Shown: positions 5,641 through 6,614 of the stretch, piece after piece | How positions within the stretch are numbered: the first letter of the stretch is position 1 | How the letters are laid out: the number at the start of each line of letters is the position of its first letter | Virus genome (UHGV): UHGV-1349127 | Reading direction: 5' to 3' (one strand) | DNA from: a virus | Length of the DNA: 6,614 nt | Notes under the pieces: generated by a model | What the model was told of the DNA's origin: nothing | What the model saw: the letters and a program-made list of their open reading frames with translations, nothing else | Databases searched by the model: none | Program-made: the position numbers and the translations under genes

Positions 5641-5820
5641 TTAAGTGAAACAAAAATTATTAGAAAGGACTATCAGGTAATCATCCTGCATAAGTCCGGG
5701 TAATTCAAAATTCACAAATAAGATGTAATCATCAAGAGTTTCAAAAGTACGATAAGAAATCTTATCCTTTTCGTAGTTTAACATCACCTTCGGATATATC
5801 TTAGCATAAATGTACGGCAT
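5641..5820 (-). CDS. Hypothetical small protein, 59 aa: MPYIYAKIYPKVMLNYEKDKISYRTFETLDDYILFVNFELPGLMQDDYLIVLSNNFCFT. Below the ORF-track size cutoff.
   Basis: ATG (complement of 5818-5820) lies 2 nt after the Rep stop (TAACTATG). The ORF fills the gap between Rep and the 74-aa ORF, ending 11 nt before that ORF's ATG. Composition is non-repetitive. No recognisable family. Confidence 0.3.
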   Translation of the reverse strand: MPYIYAKIYPKVMLNYEKDKISYRTFETLDDYILFVNFELPGLMQDDYLIVLSNNFCFT

Positions 5821-5822
5821 AG

Positions 5823-6614
5823 TTACAAAGTTTCTTTATAAATAGCAAGAATATTCTCGTTATCTGTTTTATATTTAACATACGTTATATCAATCTCGGG
5901 TAGCGTTGACATATATTCACTCATGAACTCGTGATGTTCACGCTTAGCAGAAGTCATCATTTTGTAATATTCGAGATCAAACTCATAAGCGTCAAGCATA
6001 GCTAAAAGAGGTTCAAGAATATGTTCCATGACGATAAGACTATCTTCCTGATGAATAGCATAAAAGTTTTTCGCGTTATCAAAGATAAAACGAGGGAAAC
6101 GTTCTACGCAAGTGTCAAAATTGTAGAAAGGATACTTGTCTCGAAGGCGTTTACGAGTCACATTAACTTCTTTATCAGGCATATGAAGATGTATCTGCCA
6201 GAGACAGGCACGAAGTGACAAAAAGTAATCGGCAAGCTGAATAGTATCGCGTATCTCTTTCCGAATAAGCATAGAGGGGGTCGGATAAAGTTTTCGACGG
6301 AAATATGCAGGAATATACGAGGTAAAACGTTCACCTGTAAACTTATCAACGATTTCAACGGTCAAAACGTCAGGATTCTGATAGAACCACATAACATGGT
6401 CGAGACACCATTTATAACCAAGACCGCCGCCACGGCGGGAGGATAAGTAAAAGGTTGGTTTAGAACCTTTAGGAACATCACTTTCTTTACGCATATATTT
6501 CATACAATACTGAATACCACCTTGAGTACAGGGTTTACAATAGACAAAACCAAGTTCACCTATATAATCCCAATCAAAGCGATGAGCAAGTTTGTTATAA
6601 ACTCGTTTTCGAAC
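5823..6614 (-). CDS. Replication initiation protein VP4, C-terminal 263 codons (37 codons from 6614 to 6504, then the 226-aa track ORF). Contains RCR motif III. Stop TAA is the complement of 5823-5825.
   Basis: Minus-strand reading from 6614 has no stop: VRKRVYNKLAHRFDWDYIGELGFVYCKPCTQGGIQYCMKYMRKESDVPKGSKPTFYLSSRRGGGLGYKW... The YCMKYMRK segment matches the Microviridae Rep active-site motif III (Y-x-x-K-Y-x-x-K, compare phiX174 A FYVAKYVNK). The following FxxSRRxGxG also resembles the conserved post-motif-III segment. The frame is exactly contiguous with the Rep N-terminal part ending at position 1 (606 and 111 are both multiples of 3). Spacing from motif II to motif III across the junction is ~47 aa, as in known VP4 proteins. 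The M at 6503 in the ORF track is an internal methionine inside motif III. Confidence 0.8.
   Translation of the reverse strand, partial: VRKRVYNKLAHRFDWDYIGELGFVYCKPCTQGGIQYCMKYMRKESDVPKGSKPTFYLSSRRGGGLGYKWCLDHVMWFYQNPDVLTVEIVDKFTGERFTSYIPAYFRRKLYPTPSMLIRKEIRDTIQLADYFLSLRACLWQIHLHMPDKEVNVTRKRLRDKYPFYNFDTCVERFPRFIFDNAKNFYAIHQEDSLIVMEHILEPLLAMLDAYEFDLEYYKMMTSAKREHHEFMSEYMSTLPEIDITYVKYKTDNENILAIYKETL

Noticed and set aside
6021-6358. 65-aa plus-strand and 66-aa minus-strand ORFs
   Set aside because: Both are antisense or alternate-frame ORFs inside the Rep C-terminal coding region.
1-6614. CRISPR arrays, IS elements/transposases, integrase, defence systems, rRNA
   Set aside because: There are no direct-repeat/spacer arrays, no transposase/integrase-like ORFs and no rRNA-like segments. 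The window is fully accounted for by a compact microvirus gene set plus one regulatory intergenic region. There is no visible att site or host flank, so prophage integration cannot be asserted from this window.

Overview
This 6,614-nt window reads as one complete circular genome of a Microviridae ssDNA phage (Alpavirinae / gokushovirus-like, probably from a Bacteroidetes host). The linear window appears to be opened inside the replication-initiator gene. All convincing genes lie on the minus strand, so the given + strand is the complement of the virion/mRNA-sense strand. Gene order in transcription direction is Rep/VP4, three small ORFs, major capsid VP1, a 103-aa ORF, VP2 pilot protein, a 93-aa ORF, and a ~530-nt intergenic region. 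Rep runs 606->1 and, if the molecule is circular, continues 6614->5823. The small ORFs are 59, 74 and 66 aa; the 66-aa one has a signal-peptide/TM segment. VP1 is 755 aa (5207->2940) and VP2 is 372 aa (2626->1508). The 103-aa ORF is translationally coupled to both neighbours. The intergenic region (607-1134) holds several structured elements. One is a 20-nt stretch matching the phiX174 origin core (TAACTTGATAT...CAC against CAACTTGATAT...CAC) on the coding strand. Others are two short GC hairpins, one followed by a U-rich tract, and a perfect 13-bp inverted repeat. There is also a ~150-nt island of ~59 % GC immediately upstream of the Rep start. A Bacteroidetes-type promoter match (TTTG-N20-TATTTTTG) lies upstream of the 93-aa ORF. 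No rRNA, tRNA, CRISPR, IS element or defence-system gene is visible. Plus-strand and alternate-frame ORFs look like antisense or frame artefacts.
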